Assembly (NCBI GenBank): GCA_963820525.1
Contig: CAWGAA010000003.1
Location: 800,001-864,000, forward strand
Reading direction: 5' to 3'
Length of the DNA: 64,000 bases
From: an uncultured Spirochaetota bacterium
GTDB taxonomy: Bacteria > Spirochaetota > Spirochaetia > SZUA-6 > Fen-1364
The translations under genes and the position numbers were made by a program. Shown here piece by piece: positions 41,837 through 52,787 of the stretch. Positions within the stretch are counted from its first letter, which is position 1, and each line of letters starts with the position of its first letter. The notes beneath the pieces are model-generated. The model did not search any database and had not been told where the DNA came from. It worked only from the letters and a program-made list of their open reading frames with translations.

Positions 41837-42922
41837 ATGACGACAACGCTGGCTGAAAGAATCCTATCCAGTGGCGCTTCTTCCGAGACGTTCTCCGAGG
41901 CGCTTTCGAAACAAGATCTATCCCCGGTATTTGTATGCGGGGACGCTCTGGAAACACTCCGGAAGTTTCCTTCTGAGTCTATTGACTCCTGCCTTACAAG
42001 TCCTCCGTATTGGGGAAAACGCGAGTACGACTCAGGTGGCATTGGCCTCGAACCTACTCACAAACTATATATCGACCATTTGGCTGAAGTGTTCTCGGAG
42101 CTACGGCGCGTCCTTAAATTGACCGGTTCCTTCTGGCTTAATATTGGTGACTCCTACCAAAACAAAGCGCTTCTCGGCATTCCTTGGAGGCTTGCTCTAC
42201 GGTTGGTTGACACTCAAGGCTGGGTACTTCGTAACAGCGTAATATGGAACAAAGTGAAGGGCGGGCCGGACAATACCGGCGACAGACTTAGAAACATACA
42301 TGAGGATCTTTTTCATTTCGTTAAGTCCGCGAAAGACTACTACTATGATTCAGCCTCAATCCGGACAAATCCGCACCAAGCCAAGGTAGTAAACGGCGCC
42401 ATCGTATCAGCAACTGGTGTAACAGGCGTCAGGTACCGAAGGCAGATTGAGCTTTCGACCTCGCTGACTGAGTCCGAGAAGGAGACAGCGCTGTCTGAAT
42501 TAGAGAAGATGCTCGATAGAATTAGGAACAAAGAAATTGCCGACTTTCGGATGATCATCCGCGGGCAGCAGAGAACAACTCACTCGGATTCCACTAGGGT
42601 ATCGGGACGAGCAAAGGAGCTTGCCACAAAAGGGTTCTACTTCCTCATTTATCATCCGGACGGCAGCAAACCAAGTGACGTCTGGGAGATTATCCCGGAG
42701 GACACGCAGAAGCGTGAAGCCCATTTTGCTCCTTATCCGGAAGACCTTTGTCGAATTCCGATCCTCTCGACTTGCCCTCCCGGTGGTGTGGTAATCGATC
42801 CCTTCGTTGGTACTGGAACAACCACTTTGGTAGCATTCAAGTTGCAGAGAAGGTCCATTGGAATCGATATCTCCGAAGCATATCTCAGGCACGCCAGCGA
42901 AAGGTGTAACCTGCTGCTATGA
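41837..42922 (+). CDS. N4/N6 DNA methyltransferase (beta class)
   Basis: TSPPY motif IV precedes DPFVGTGTT motif I; HFAPYP. Confidence 0.9.
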   Translation: MTTTLAERILSSGASSETFSEALSKQDLSPVFVCGDALETLRKFPSESIDSCLTSPPYWGKREYDSGGIGLEPTHKLYIDHLAEVFSELRRVLKLTGSFWLNIGDSYQNKALLGIPWRLALRLVDTQGWVLRNSVIWNKVKGGPDNTGDRLRNIHEDLFHFVKSAKDYYYDSASIRTNPHQAKVVNGAIVSATGVTGVRYRRQIELSTSLTESEKETALSELEKMLDRIRNKEIADFRMIIRGQQRTTHSDSTRVSGRAKELATKGFYFLIYHPDGSKPSDVWEIIPEDTQKREAHFAPYPEDLCRIPILSTCPPGGVVIDPFVGTGTTTLVAFKLQRRSIGIDISEAYLRHASERCNLLL

Positions 42923-43768
42923 GCCGAATATCGGAACTATTCGCCCATTCCACCATGAGCACGGGAATAGAGTGGAAGGACGTGGTTGAAAAACAGTACT
43001 GTCCCTATCTGAACAGGAAATGCCTGAAGATACGAAAAAGCGATCCTGATGTCTCAATCGGAACTTGCAGCGTTCTTTATGGCGATCCGAAAGGCATCGT
43101 CTTAATATGCCCATTTCGGCTACTCGAACGTAAGCAGATATTCTTCGACGCCTTGCATCTTCTAACTCATCACGAACCGGGCAACGAATTGCATGTGGTC
43201 CCTGAGATCAGTCTTCCCGGGGGCAGCGTCGACTACTTCCTGGTTTCGGCAAACGCTGACTACATCAGGGACTTTGTTGGAATTGAACTGCAGAGCAATG
43301 GACACAACTGGCACGGTGTGGCCCGAGCGTCAGCGATTCCTCAAGGAGTCCAGCGTTTCGGTCTTGAAATCAGAAACATCCTCGGAAAAAGGCTTCGGAA
43401 TCAACTGGAAGATGACCGCAAAAACAACACTGATTCAGCTTCTCCACAAGATCCAGACATTCCAGAAACTAAATCGGCACCTCGCTCTCGTGATTCAAGA
43501 CACCTTTCTTGCCTATCTTCGAGATCAGTTCAGGTTCGACCACATAAAGAAAGTCAGCATAGGTGATCCCATGCACTTTCACGCCTACAAAGTGAACCTC
43601 AGAAAGCGACGATACAGAATCGAGCTCAGCGAAAGAGTAAGTACCAACTCAGACGGAATTGAAACATGCCTCGGTCTGCAGGCAGACACTAATGTTGAAC
43701 TCGTGAGTATCGAAGAACAGATACGGAAGAAGATGTCTGACAGGACACTTCTGATACTCGAATCCTAG
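42919..43768 (+). pseudogene. NotI-like type II restriction endonuclease, frameshifted near 43295
   Basis: CPY..CLK..GTC..CP Cys cluster and VDYFLV..GIELQ; continues as MDTTG..NW in another frame; ATGA overlap with MTase. Confidence 0.7.
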
Positions 43769-43839
43769 TAGAACGTGGGTGCTCCCAAATGAGGCGCTAT
43801 AACATGTGGTTAGATTTGATATCGTGTGGCCGCAACGGC

Positions 43840-43938
43840 CTATAACAACGCGTACACGCTCCGCTCCCTTCGGTCGCTCCGGGCTTCGCCACATGCCTCG
43901 CTTCGCTCGGCACGTCGTGTACGCGCGGGACGTTATGG
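43840..43938. repeat. Outer attC-like site
   Basis: CTATAAC...CGCGTACACG/CGTGTACGCG...GTTATGG. Confidence 0.85.
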
Positions 43939-43942
43939 GCAA

Positions 43943-43981
43943 TTGCGCCAGGAGTCTTTCCAGCATAATGCAATGTTATGG
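43943..43981 (+). promoter_or_regulatory. Carrier head: promoter plus inner attI-like site
   Basis: TTGCGC-15-CATAAT-GCAAT-GTTATGG. Confidence 0.65.
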
Positions 43982-44928
43982 CTCTAGAAATCCGGCACGG
44001 AAGCGCTGGGAAGGTGGACATGGTACCTCGGAAGTCGCACGATCGCGAAGTCTTCTACAAGTATCGATCGGTGGAAGGCGCCCTGGAAATCCTCGGCAAA
44101 CTTCACGTCTGTTGTACCTCGCCACGTTTGTTTAATGATCCCTTCGATACCCTTATTGAACTGCGCCTCGGCTTTGATCCCGCAATGGCTCCAAGGCTAA
44201 TGTGGGAGAGAATTCAACAGATCGACCAGGGTACCATCCAGTACGACTGTCCGGACACCACTCTACTCGGCTGGATGATAAATCAGCTCAAGGCGAACCC
44301 GGTCAAGGGGAGGCCTGCGATCCGATGGGAAGACGTCTCGCAGAACTTCAATCCCGCTGAGGCGAAAAGGGTAGCCGATAGCATTCTTCAAGACTCAAAC
44401 AAGATTTGGTTCGAGTTCATAGAAAACGAGCGCATATTCTGCATGTCGGAGGTCCCTGACGAAATACTCATGTGGTCCCATTACGCTGACCAACATCGGG
44501 GCGCGGTTGTGGAATTCAAATGCGTACCCACCCTTGATACGACGTTCAACGTGGCCTCAAGAGTGACATACTCTTCAGTGAAACCCACCTTTGGCACGTT
44601 TGAGGAATGGTTTGACCATGCGTCTGGACGTAAAGAAATAGATCCCATGGAAATGTCAAAAGTGTACTCGTTCACGAAGAGCCTACATTGGCAGTACGAA
44701 AGGGAATGGCGCTTTGCCCTCAAAAAGAAAGCAGCCAGTAGCGATCTTTTCGAATATCGAGACATCCTTCCCCAAGAGCTAAACGCTATTTACCTCGGTT
44801 GCAGAATGCCGGACGCGGACAAGGAGAGAATAATTGGGTTGGTCAAGAAGTTCCTTGCTCACATGCACGTATACCAAAGCCACCCGGATCAGACAGAGTA
44901 CAAGCTACAGTTTGAGAGAATCCTGTGA
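43978..44928 (+). CDS. DUF2971-like protein
   Basis: YKYR, FNDPFD, LMWSHYADQHRG and WQYEREWR motifs; start may be 44020. Confidence 0.85.
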   Translation: MALEIRHGSAGKVDMVPRKSHDREVFYKYRSVEGALEILGKLHVCCTSPRLFNDPFDTLIELRLGFDPAMAPRLMWERIQQIDQGTIQYDCPDTTLLGWMINQLKANPVKGRPAIRWEDVSQNFNPAEAKRVADSILQDSNKIWFEFIENERIFCMSEVPDEILMWSHYADQHRGAVVEFKCVPTLDTTFNVASRVTYSSVKPTFGTFEEWFDHASGRKEIDPMEMSKVYSFTKSLHWQYEREWRFALKKKAASSDLFEYRDILPQELNAIYLGCRMPDADKERIIGLVKKFLAHMHVYQSHPDQTEYKLQFERIL

Positions 44929-44942
44929 ATGCGTCAGAAACA

Positions 44943-45056
44943 TCGGTACATGTCGTTATAGCTAACCACGGTACTTGCGTATGAAACCTGAGCTTGAGCT
45001 CATGTGAACCGCGTTATGGTCCCCCAACGGCGCGGCAACTCAACTCTATGTTAGCA
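44943..45056. repeat. Inner attC, left R box degenerate
   Basis: Right arm GCAACTCAAC-TCTAT-GTTAGCA matches other inner sites. Confidence 0.65.
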
Positions 45057-45079
45057 ATTCTTGACTCGGTTCCTGAGCA

Positions 45080-46171
45080 ATGGTAGCGTATTTTATGATG
45101 CGCCATGGTCACGATCGTGCCAAGAGTGAGGCCGGTATGAAAAGTGATACGATATCGCCTTTTGAAGCTTCCGAAATACTTATAATAACCTTCTCAACCG
45201 AGTACGGAAAGCTGCTCACGAAAGCCCTAATAGACCAAGCAAAGGTGATGGACTCGCTACAGCCTATTCAAGCTGAGAACTTTTTCTTCAGCCTCTTTTC
45301 CATCGATTCATACCTTAATGGTATAGAAACTGACCAAAGCCTCCGGGAAAAGTTGTTCAATGAATTGGTGGATAGCTATTATAGAGAGAATCACATTCCA
45401 AATCGAGAAACAATGGATCTACTAATCAATAACAGGCTCCAGCAGTACTCCAAAGCATTCAACTTGCCGCAGCCTTCAAATCTAAAGGAGATAATAGCGA
45501 TTCATGGACAGCTTATTGCCAAAGCATGTCTTTCCGGCTCCAATGACTTGTACGTTCACGGAGAATCACCAATTGAAGACGATCTGATGCTCATTGCACT
45601 CATTAACGGTATTGACACGATACTTATAGAAAAACTGTATTTAGGCCTTAGAATGTTGAAGGAAGTACTTTTAGTCAATTCTGCCCCGCAATCCACCGTT
45701 GCTGGTCGATCATTAAATGCACATTTTTGCCATGACAGCTTACCCTCTATCTTGTTCAAGAGCAAAGAAAGCGTCCTCGACGAGTTTCTTGCCTATCCGG
45801 AGCGTACTGTAACAAAATTGTGGCAGTTCTGTGCTGCGACCTTTAAGGTGCAGTTGGATAGTCCTGTTTACACTACAGTACATGATGCAAAGAACGCGAA
45901 AATTGTGTTCATCAACATGCCAAAGCCAAAGCAGCCTACTGATTGCTACTATTGCGCCATCGTCTTCCATTACGAAAAGCGGCTGTTGTCCACGAACATC
46001 CAAAAGATCGCTTACTATACCCTTGAGCATGGAATAGATATTATCAACAAACAGACGCTGTATTTCATGTGTCGCTGGGAAAATGAAGCAAAGCATGTAA
46101 ATCTTGGACAACAGGCCGATAATAACGCAAGCAGATTTCATCAAAGTGTTCGTCAGATGGAATCCCTGTAG
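45080..46171 (+). CDS. Hypothetical protein (inner cassette)
   Basis: 363-aa ORF between GTTAGCA and GGCTAAC. Confidence 0.75.
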   Translation: MVAYFMMRHGHDRAKSEAGMKSDTISPFEASEILIITFSTEYGKLLTKALIDQAKVMDSLQPIQAENFFFSLFSIDSYLNGIETDQSLREKLFNELVDSYYRENHIPNRETMDLLINNRLQQYSKAFNLPQPSNLKEIIAIHGQLIAKACLSGSNDLYVHGESPIEDDLMLIALINGIDTILIEKLYLGLRMLKEVLLVNSAPQSTVAGRSLNAHFCHDSLPSILFKSKESVLDEFLAYPERTVTKLWQFCAATFKVQLDSPVYTTVHDAKNAKIVFINMPKPKQPTDCYYCAIVFHYEKRLLSTNIQKIAYYTLEHGIDIINKQTLYFMCRWENEAKHVNLGQQADNNASRFHQSVRQMESL

Positions 46172-46268
46172 AAAGGATTATGGATAGACTGTGCTGTCGA
46201 GATTGTGATTGGCATCAATAAATGAATGGCTAACATGCGCTTGGAGCGGCGCCGGAAGGCGCAACAGC

Positions 46269-46407
46269 CCATAACAGAGCGTACATGCTTCGCCGCCCTT
46301 GCGGGCGGCTCGGGCTCCGCGGCGCTGCGCCGCTCCGCTCCGCTCCGCCACATAGCCCTCGGCCTTGTTGGCCTCGGGCCACGTCGTGTACGCTCGGGAC
46401 GTTATGT
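46269..46407. repeat. Outer attC-like site
   Basis: CCATAAC...GAGCGTACATG/CGTGTACGCTC...GTTATGT. Confidence 0.85.
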
Positions 46408-46491
46408 GCCATTGTGCCATATAGCATTTTCTCGATTTCTACTGGCTGTTGAAACTAGTCACAGAGTAGAGTACATTGCGACCTAAGGTGC

Positions 46492-47154
46492 ATGTTCATG
46501 AATTATGAAGTAATTCTGTTAGAAGAATACAAAGTTTGCCAACAAGCCCTGCAGGAAAAAGATAAATCCATTTGGCAAAGTTTTGGCATCCTCGGCGCAG
46601 GTACACTCGGTTCATTCGCCCTCATTGCTCGAGAGACAACACCTGCAGCTCTCGGTGTCTTTATAATTGGTCTCGTGTCGTCATCCGCCTCATGGATTTG
46701 GTGGGTTATCGCCAGCCGGTGGTGGCAACTCCAACACACCGATCTTCTACGAATGCGACACATTGAGAAGGAGCTGGCACCGAAATATAGCAGCCCTTTG
46801 CGTATTCACTATTCGGTCATTCGTGATGGCGGAGCATTACCTGCCCTCTCTTCGGTACCTTCCAAGCATTGGGATTTTATTCCTCTGCACCAGCAACGGT
46901 GGTTCGGCGTTCAGAACGCGATGATCTTTTATCCACTAATTGTAACTATCGCTTGGGCTACCTATACAATCAGTACAGTTTTGGGAGGAGACGTCATGTC
47001 GAACTGGATCATTACTGCACTTGTGGGCATTACCGGGATAGCCATTGGTTTATTGTCGGGGATCTTTATAAGGGCGAAGACATTAGGGACTCAACTTGAT
47101 CAGATCCGCGCACTGTGCAAGGAGATTTCTGAAAGCGTTCAGAAGAAACATTGA
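46492..47154 (+). CDS. Membrane protein (about 4 TM)
   Basis: 220-aa ORF with EEY N-terminus and hydrophobic pairs. Confidence 0.7.
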   Translation: MFMNYEVILLEEYKVCQQALQEKDKSIWQSFGILGAGTLGSFALIARETTPAALGVFIIGLVSSSASWIWWVIASRWWQLQHTDLLRMRHIEKELAPKYSSPLRIHYSVIRDGGALPALSSVPSKHWDFIPLHQQRWFGVQNAMIFYPLIVTIAWATYTISTVLGGDVMSNWIITALVGITGIAIGLLSGIFIRAKTLGTQLDQIRALCKEISESVQKKH

Positions 47155-47226
47155 TAATGAAATATCGCAAAGTACTATCATTTGATACATTCAATAAATG
47201 AATCCTCGGAAAGTAGGCACAACGGC

Positions 47227-47362
47227 ACATAACCGCCCGTAATGTGCATCGGCGCCCTACGGGCGCCTCGGGCTACGCGGCGCTACGGCGCGCCGCTCCG
47301 CCACATGGCCCCTCGGCCCTGTTGGCCTCGGGGCCACGTCACATACGGGCATCCCGTTAGCC
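47227..47362. repeat. Outer attC-like site
   Basis: ACATAAC...GCCCGTAATGTG/CACATACGGGC...GTTAGCC. Confidence 0.85.
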
Positions 47363-47457
47363 GAGATTGCGCGGAAGAAAGCTATGGCTTGGAAGATAAA
47401 TATTTTTGTAGGAAAGATGGGTGTTCGATATTCCTTGACCGCGCAACCTCGGCTAAC
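47356..47457. other. Empty 102-bp cassette
   Basis: Bounded by a 19-bp IR GTTAGCCGAGATTGCGCGG / CCGCGCAACCTCGGCTAAC. Confidence 0.8.
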
Positions 47458-47588
47458 AGCGTATTTGTGCTTCGCGCGCCAGTAGGCGCGCTCGGGGCTT
47501 CGCCCACATGCTCGCCGGCGCGTGTTATAATAGTGAAGGATTTGTAGTCGCGCTGGCTCGCACGTCGCAAATACGCGAACCGTTAGGC
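47451..47588. repeat. Outer attC-like site (subtype 2)
   Basis: GGCTAAC...GCGTATTTGTG/CGCAAATACGC...GTTAGGC. Confidence 0.85.
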
Positions 47589-47619
47589 GCCATATCTGCC
47601 CAGAGCGAAAAGGTAGTAC

Positions 47620-48648
47620 GTGAATGATATGACAACAGTTAATGTTAATGATTTCAACCAAGAAAAAGAATGCATCTATAAAGGAGAACGCTATTCCGTT
47701 CGGGACAATGGAGCGGTATTTCGACATCAACGAAACGGAAAGCGTAAGCGCCCCAATGATAATCAATGGACATTTGGAAAGGAAAAAATTGAAAATCCCT
47801 ATTTGCTTATCTCGAATATTCGCGTTCATAGAATTGTGGCCACAGCTTTTCACGGAGAGCCACCTGACCCTAAATATGTTGTAGATCATATTGATTCAAA
47901 TTGTAGGAATAATCGACCTGAGAATCTGAGATGGCTCACCCGCTTAGAAAATGCACTTAAAAATCCAGCGACTCGAAAAAAGATTGAATATCTATGTGGC
48001 AGCGTTGAAGCATTTCTTGAAAATCCTTCGATGTTAAATGATCTTCAAAGTGATCCCAACTTCACATGGATGCGAACAGTCACGCCAGAAGAAGCACAAA
48101 ACTGTATGAGGCGTATGTCTCTTTGGGCAAACACTAATAAAAAATCTACAAAATCAACCAGTATGATCAATTACAAAAGTTCTTTTGGCAAAAGAGCGCT
48201 AAAACCACTTCAAAAGTGGGAAGCTGGTCTAGCTGGAGAGCCGGGATTAGATTTTGCTTTAACGCCATGCTGTGGACAATATATGTGGGGGGCAGATGCT
48301 TATTTCCCTTGTTGTCCACAAAATTTTGGAGATGATCCTCTTGATGATTACTTTCAAAATCTTAAGGTTGGTGCTGTGTTTGCTTATAATGATGATGATA
48401 TTTTTCCAAAACTTACAGTATTTAAATCTGTAATCCTTAAAAGCAAATCATCAATTATAGTGATGTGCGAAAGATCAGATTGTAATTGGTCAATTGTTGG
48501 AATTATGCTTAATGAGAAATCACATTTTATTCATTTCTATCTCGGATCATACTCTAATAAAAGGGAAGCCGACAATGCATTTTCCATCAAAAAAGGTTTA
48601 AATGACTTTTGGTCAGATGGATATGCTAAATCCTGGGATCTTAACTGA
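47620..48648 (+). CDS. HNH endonuclease domain protein
   Basis: VHRIVATAF...VDHIDSNCRNNRPENLRW. Confidence 0.85.
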   Translation: MNDMTTVNVNDFNQEKECIYKGERYSVRDNGAVFRHQRNGKRKRPNDNQWTFGKEKIENPYLLISNIRVHRIVATAFHGEPPDPKYVVDHIDSNCRNNRPENLRWLTRLENALKNPATRKKIEYLCGSVEAFLENPSMLNDLQSDPNFTWMRTVTPEEAQNCMRRMSLWANTNKKSTKSTSMINYKSSFGKRALKPLQKWEAGLAGEPGLDFALTPCCGQYMWGADAYFPCCPQNFGDDPLDDYFQNLKVGAVFAYNDDDIFPKLTVFKSVILKSKSSIIVMCERSDCNWSIVGIMLNEKSHFIHFYLGSYSNKREADNAFSIKKGLNDFWSDGYAKSWDLN

Positions 48649-48667
48649 TTTCTCTCGCAGATACGGC

Positions 48668-48805
48668 GCCTAACAGCGTATTTGCGCTTCGCGCGCCAGG
48701 AGGCGCGCTTGGGGCTTCGCCCACATGCTCGCCGACGCGAGTATATACAGGGAAGGATTTGTAGTCGCGCCGGCTCGCGCGTCGCAAATACGCTAACCGT
48801 TAAAT
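48668..48805. repeat. Outer attC-like site (subtype 2)
   Basis: GCCTAAC...AGCGTATTTGCG/CGCAAATACGCT...GTTAAAT. Confidence 0.85.
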
Positions 48806-49119
48806 GACAGCGCAAATAAAGTGAAAAGTGAAAGCTTCTTAATATTCTGGTTCTGTGAATCCGCCTGAAGCCTAAGGGTGCTTCGATATCTTTCTTTGCT
48901 TTTTCTATCACATCTGCGGCCTGCTCTTCTTTGAGGGTAGTTCTCCTTCGGCGGGGCGAACGATTATTAATTGTCCTGATGATCATGTTTGTGAGATCGC
49001 AGGCCGCAGAATCGCCATAATATTCCAGCGTATGTGCCTCTTCCATACCCGCTCTTGAGAGCGAATGGTTGTTCGTTGTTGACTGGTAGAGTATTATCAT
49101 GAAGGCGCCGTCATTTAAC
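48799..49119. other. ORF-less cassette, diverged homologue of 37050-37367
   Basis: Shared TCTGCGGCC/GGCCGCAGA stem and GCTCTTGAGAGC; TTGTTC-17-TATTAT at 49069-49097. Confidence 0.65.
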
Positions 49120-49249
49120 AGCGTATTTACGCTTCGCACGCCAGTAGGCGTGCTCGGGGCTTCGCCCACATGCTCGCCGGCGCGAGTATAAATATGAATG
49201 GGTTTGACGTCGCGCCGGCTCGCACGTCGAAAATACGCGACCGTTATAT
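49113..49249. repeat. Outer attC-like site (subtype 2)
   Basis: ATTTAAC...GCGTATTT/AAATACGC...GTTATAT. Confidence 0.85.
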
Positions 49250-49390
49250 GCCATAGCCAGCCCAACCAGCTGGTGTGCCCGCCCTCCATGGCGGGCGCTA
49301 TAAAAAGATTCTTACTATAGATTATTATAAAGTATATTTTTGCAAAATGGTAGCTTATCGGCTATAATTTATAAATGGAAAGGAAAGAAT

Positions 49391-50857
49391 ATGCTTAAAG
49401 AAGCATATACCCTAGAGCATATTTTTCTAAAGGGATTGCTTCTAGCGACTGTCGGATTATGGCTTTCGAACTGTCCGATGCCTACACCTCCCACCTCTAC
49501 AAATCATATTCCTGTAATAACATCCAGCCCAGTCACACAGGTTGATGAAGGAAACTCTTATAATTATGATGTTAATGCAATAGACAGTGATGGGGATAAT
49601 CTGACATATTCTTTGACCCAAGCTCCTGCATGGCTGTCTATGAATTCAAATACAGGAATGATTTCAGGAACAGCCCCTGAAGTTAGTTCAGATGAATATC
49701 ATAATATTTCAGTTAAAGTTTCAGATGGGATAAGTTTTGACACACAGAATTACACACTAACTGTAAAAGATGTTCCCCCTCCCCCTCCTCCTGATTATCT
49801 GGATATTTCCGGAAGAATGGAAGACTGCGAAACAAATACAGGAAGACATGGAATTATTAGAGTTTATGATGATAGAATAAATACAGAATCAAGAGCGTAT
49901 TTTGGTCCTGTTTGGGAATATAGCAACTTATTGGGAGAATTTGAAACTGATTCAAACGGGAATTTTTCTTTTACATTGAACAAATTAGTTGATGCTAATG
50001 ATAAAATATATCTTAGGGCAGTAATTGGAGCAAATTGGAGCGGAAAAGAAAGTTACATTAGGACTGTTGAATTAGATGCTACAGACAACAATCCAATTAC
50101 AGATACGAGAGCAAATCCTGCAATTAAACCTGTAATGTTTGATAATCCTAATAGTTCTTATGATGATGGGTTGTTAGATACAGAACAGAAAAAAATTGAT
50201 TTTAGAGAACACATGGGAAGAATAAATGTTTGGTCTGCAGATGAAAGATATTATAAAGATTTTTTAAATGGACAATTATTGGCTGATGGTATGAATGGAA
50301 ATCCTTATCATGGACTCAAAAAAATGAGTTTCAATAGAGGATTGCCTGAAGATTTTAAAGGAATAGAAGTGTCTTCTGATGATTATACTAACGAAGAATA
50401 TAATACTATCAAAAATATAATCCTAAATTGTGGTTATATTAGAGCACAAGAAATATCAGATAAAACAATATGGGGAAATAATCATCAAGATGGTGATTCA
50501 GGCTGGGGCTCTGTAGTTAAATCTGCATTAGGAGACGGGCCATATGCAATTTTATATGATGGTTATCAAAATGGGTATCTTGATATTTTTGGAATTCATT
50601 TGAATACACTTGCTCCTGAAATAGTAATTCATGAAATAGTTTATCATGGGCTTTTAAGTTGTGTCGGACATTCAAATGGAAGACATGGAAATGGCTCAGA
50701 AATTCCTGAATTATTCTCTTCTGTAGGAGTATATACAGGTCCACATCCTTCTCCACCTGATAAAATAACTACTGTTGATATCAAAGCAAATTACCTTATA
50801 GATGAAGATACTTACATGGGAATGGACACATTGGATGATATTTTGGGAATGAATTAA
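49391..50857 (+). CDS. AT-rich putative lipoprotein with cadherin/Ig-like domain and possible metallopeptidase motif
   Basis: LWLSNC lipobox-like; PVITS..DSDGDNLTYSL..PAWLS..GMISGT; HEIVYH. Confidence 0.7.
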   Translation: MLKEAYTLEHIFLKGLLLATVGLWLSNCPMPTPPTSTNHIPVITSSPVTQVDEGNSYNYDVNAIDSDGDNLTYSLTQAPAWLSMNSNTGMISGTAPEVSSDEYHNISVKVSDGISFDTQNYTLTVKDVPPPPPPDYLDISGRMEDCETNTGRHGIIRVYDDRINTESRAYFGPVWEYSNLLGEFETDSNGNFSFTLNKLVDANDKIYLRAVIGANWSGKESYIRTVELDATDNNPITDTRANPAIKPVMFDNPNSSYDDGLLDTEQKKIDFREHMGRINVWSADERYYKDFLNGQLLADGMNGNPYHGLKKMSFNRGLPEDFKGIEVSSDDYTNEEYNTIKNIILNCGYIRAQEISDKTIWGNNHQDGDSGWGSVVKSALGDGPYAILYDGYQNGYLDIFGIHLNTLAPEIVIHEIVYHGLLSCVGHSNGRHGNGSEIPELFSSVGVYTGPHPSPPDKITTVDIKANYLIDEDTYMGMDTLDDILGMN

Positions 50858-51008
50858 ATTTTGCAGTATATCTGTATGAAATATCTTTTGCTTTTTTAAA
50901 ATTAATATTTTATAGGAGAGAAACATTATAAACTTTAATAGAGAATCAGTACCTAAATGGATAGCTTGTGCATGTGTTTGTTTTGTTGGAGGAATATCAT
51001 TTTTATTC

Positions 51009-51221
51009 ATGAAAGACAAATATGGCGATCCAAAATTTGATGAATTCTTAAGTCTTATCAGCTTTATGCTATCTGCAATTTTTTTTCTTTTTGGTATTAT
51101 TAGCGGTATTTTTGGTGAAGATAATGGCAGAACACGATCAAATATCCTGTTAATGATTATTGAAATCATTGGACTTATTTCTAGCATCATTACAATCATA
51201 AATTTCTTAAAAGGAATGTAA
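51009..51221 (+). CDS. Small membrane protein (frame open from about 50925)
   Basis: Two hydrophobic segments; same AT-rich cassette. Confidence 0.45.
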   Translation: MKDKYGDPKFDEFLSLISFMLSAIFFLFGIISGIFGEDNGRTRSNILLMIIEIIGLISSIITIINFLKGM

Positions 51222-51339
51222 GATAGAAAATACTTATTATAATTTTAGGTGTTAATTAAAATATACAAAAAAAGCATAATTTAATATCGCCTCAGCCGTC
51301 CATGGCTTCGGCGGAATTTTAAAAGGGGCTGGCTACGGC

Positions 51340-51429
51340 ATATAACAGCCGGTTGCCGGCGTCGCTACGCTCCGCTCAAATCGCGCTCCCGTTGGTCGCG
51401 CGACTTCGGCAACCGGCGGGACGTTATGC
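51340..51429. repeat. Outer attC-like site (short subtype)
   Basis: ATATAAC...GCCGGTTGCCG/CGGCAACCGGC...GTTATGC. Confidence 0.85.
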
Positions 51430-51433
51430 GCCA

Positions 51434-51473
51434 TTGCACCAAGAGGTATTTACTACATAGTATATTGTTATGC
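51434..51473 (+). promoter_or_regulatory. Carrier head: promoter plus inner attI-like site
   Basis: TTGCAC-16-CATAGT-ATATT-GTTATGC. Confidence 0.65.
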
Positions 51474-52787
51474 GCGCCTTTGCATCGATAGAACATGCAA
51501 ACGCGGCCATTGCCGTGCCGATGAAATTGCGAGCGCAGATTACGGGAGGCAATCGGCTTTAATAGCGCCGTTCGCCATGCTATGATCGTCGACAATAGGA
51601 AGATTGCAGTGGATCACGACAATGCGGGATCTAATCCAATTATCAGTCTGTCAAGCCATTTTCACGATAATATCGCCCAATACGAGGCAGACGGATATGA
51701 TGAAGCGAACGTGCGCGTTGACTTCATTGACAAAATGTTCGAACTCCTGGACTGGGACGTTCGAAACGACACCAATGCAAGCGAACGCTTTCGCGACGTT
51801 GTTCGAGAAGACAAGATTGAGATTGGCGGAAGAGAGAAGGCACCTGATTATAGCTTCAGAATTGGAGGGCAGAGGGTATTCTTTGTCGAAGCCAAAAAGC
51901 CGCACATTCGGATAGGAAGTGACCTTGGAGCCGCCTACCAGCTAAGAAGGTATGGCTACTCTGCGAAGCTTCCAGTTTCTATCCTAACCAACTTCAAGGA
52001 ATTCGCAGTATATGATACCCGGATTAAGCCGAACCACGGAGACGAGAGCGCCGTTGCAAGGCTCTTCTATTGCACATATGAGGACTATCCAGAACAGTTT
52101 CCGTTTCTCTATAGCACCTTTTCTAAGCCTTCCGTGATTAAAGGGGACCTCGACCGCTACGTCATAGACAATCGCACCAAGAAGGGTACTGCTGAAGTTG
52201 ACGAGGATTTTCTTTCATTGCTCTCGGGCTGGCGTAAAATCCTGGCAAAGCGAATTTCATCGCAGAACCCAGACATTGACGTCTTCCAGCTCAACCATGC
52301 AATCCAAGTACTTATTGACCGTATGGTCTTCCTTCGTATTGCAGAAGCTCACGACCTTGAAGAATACGCAACTCTCCAAAAAGCCGTCGAAAAAGCGAAC
52401 GGCTATTGGAATCTGAAAGGCGTGTTCGCCCTAGCCGATCAAAAGTACAATTCAGGGTTGTTTGCAGTGGATGATTTCCTTAATTCGCTAAAGATCGAGG
52501 ACAATGTTTTTCGGGACATAGTACAGGACCTCTATTATCCCAAGTGCCCGTATGAGTTCAGTGTTCTGCCTATAGAGATACTTGGTAAAGCATACGAGCA
52601 GTTTCTCGGACAAATCATTCGGCTAACTCCCTCACATCAAGTGAAGATTGAAGAAAAGCCCGAGGTGCGGAAAGCTGGCGGGGTCTTCTACACCCCAGAG
52701 TACATTGTGAGATATATCGTCCAATACACCCTGGGAGAGAAATTGAAGAAGGCATCGCCACAGGACGTGCCCGCTCTTTCCGTCCTA

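Noticed and set aside
11300..43300. Frameshifts as programmed recoding or phase variation
   Set aside because: No clear slippery motifs or long tracts; scattered single-base indels could be assembly errors and need reads.
48537..49289. 250-aa minus-strand ORF
   Set aside because: It runs through two att hairpins, and the homologous unit at 37050 has a stop in the same frame.
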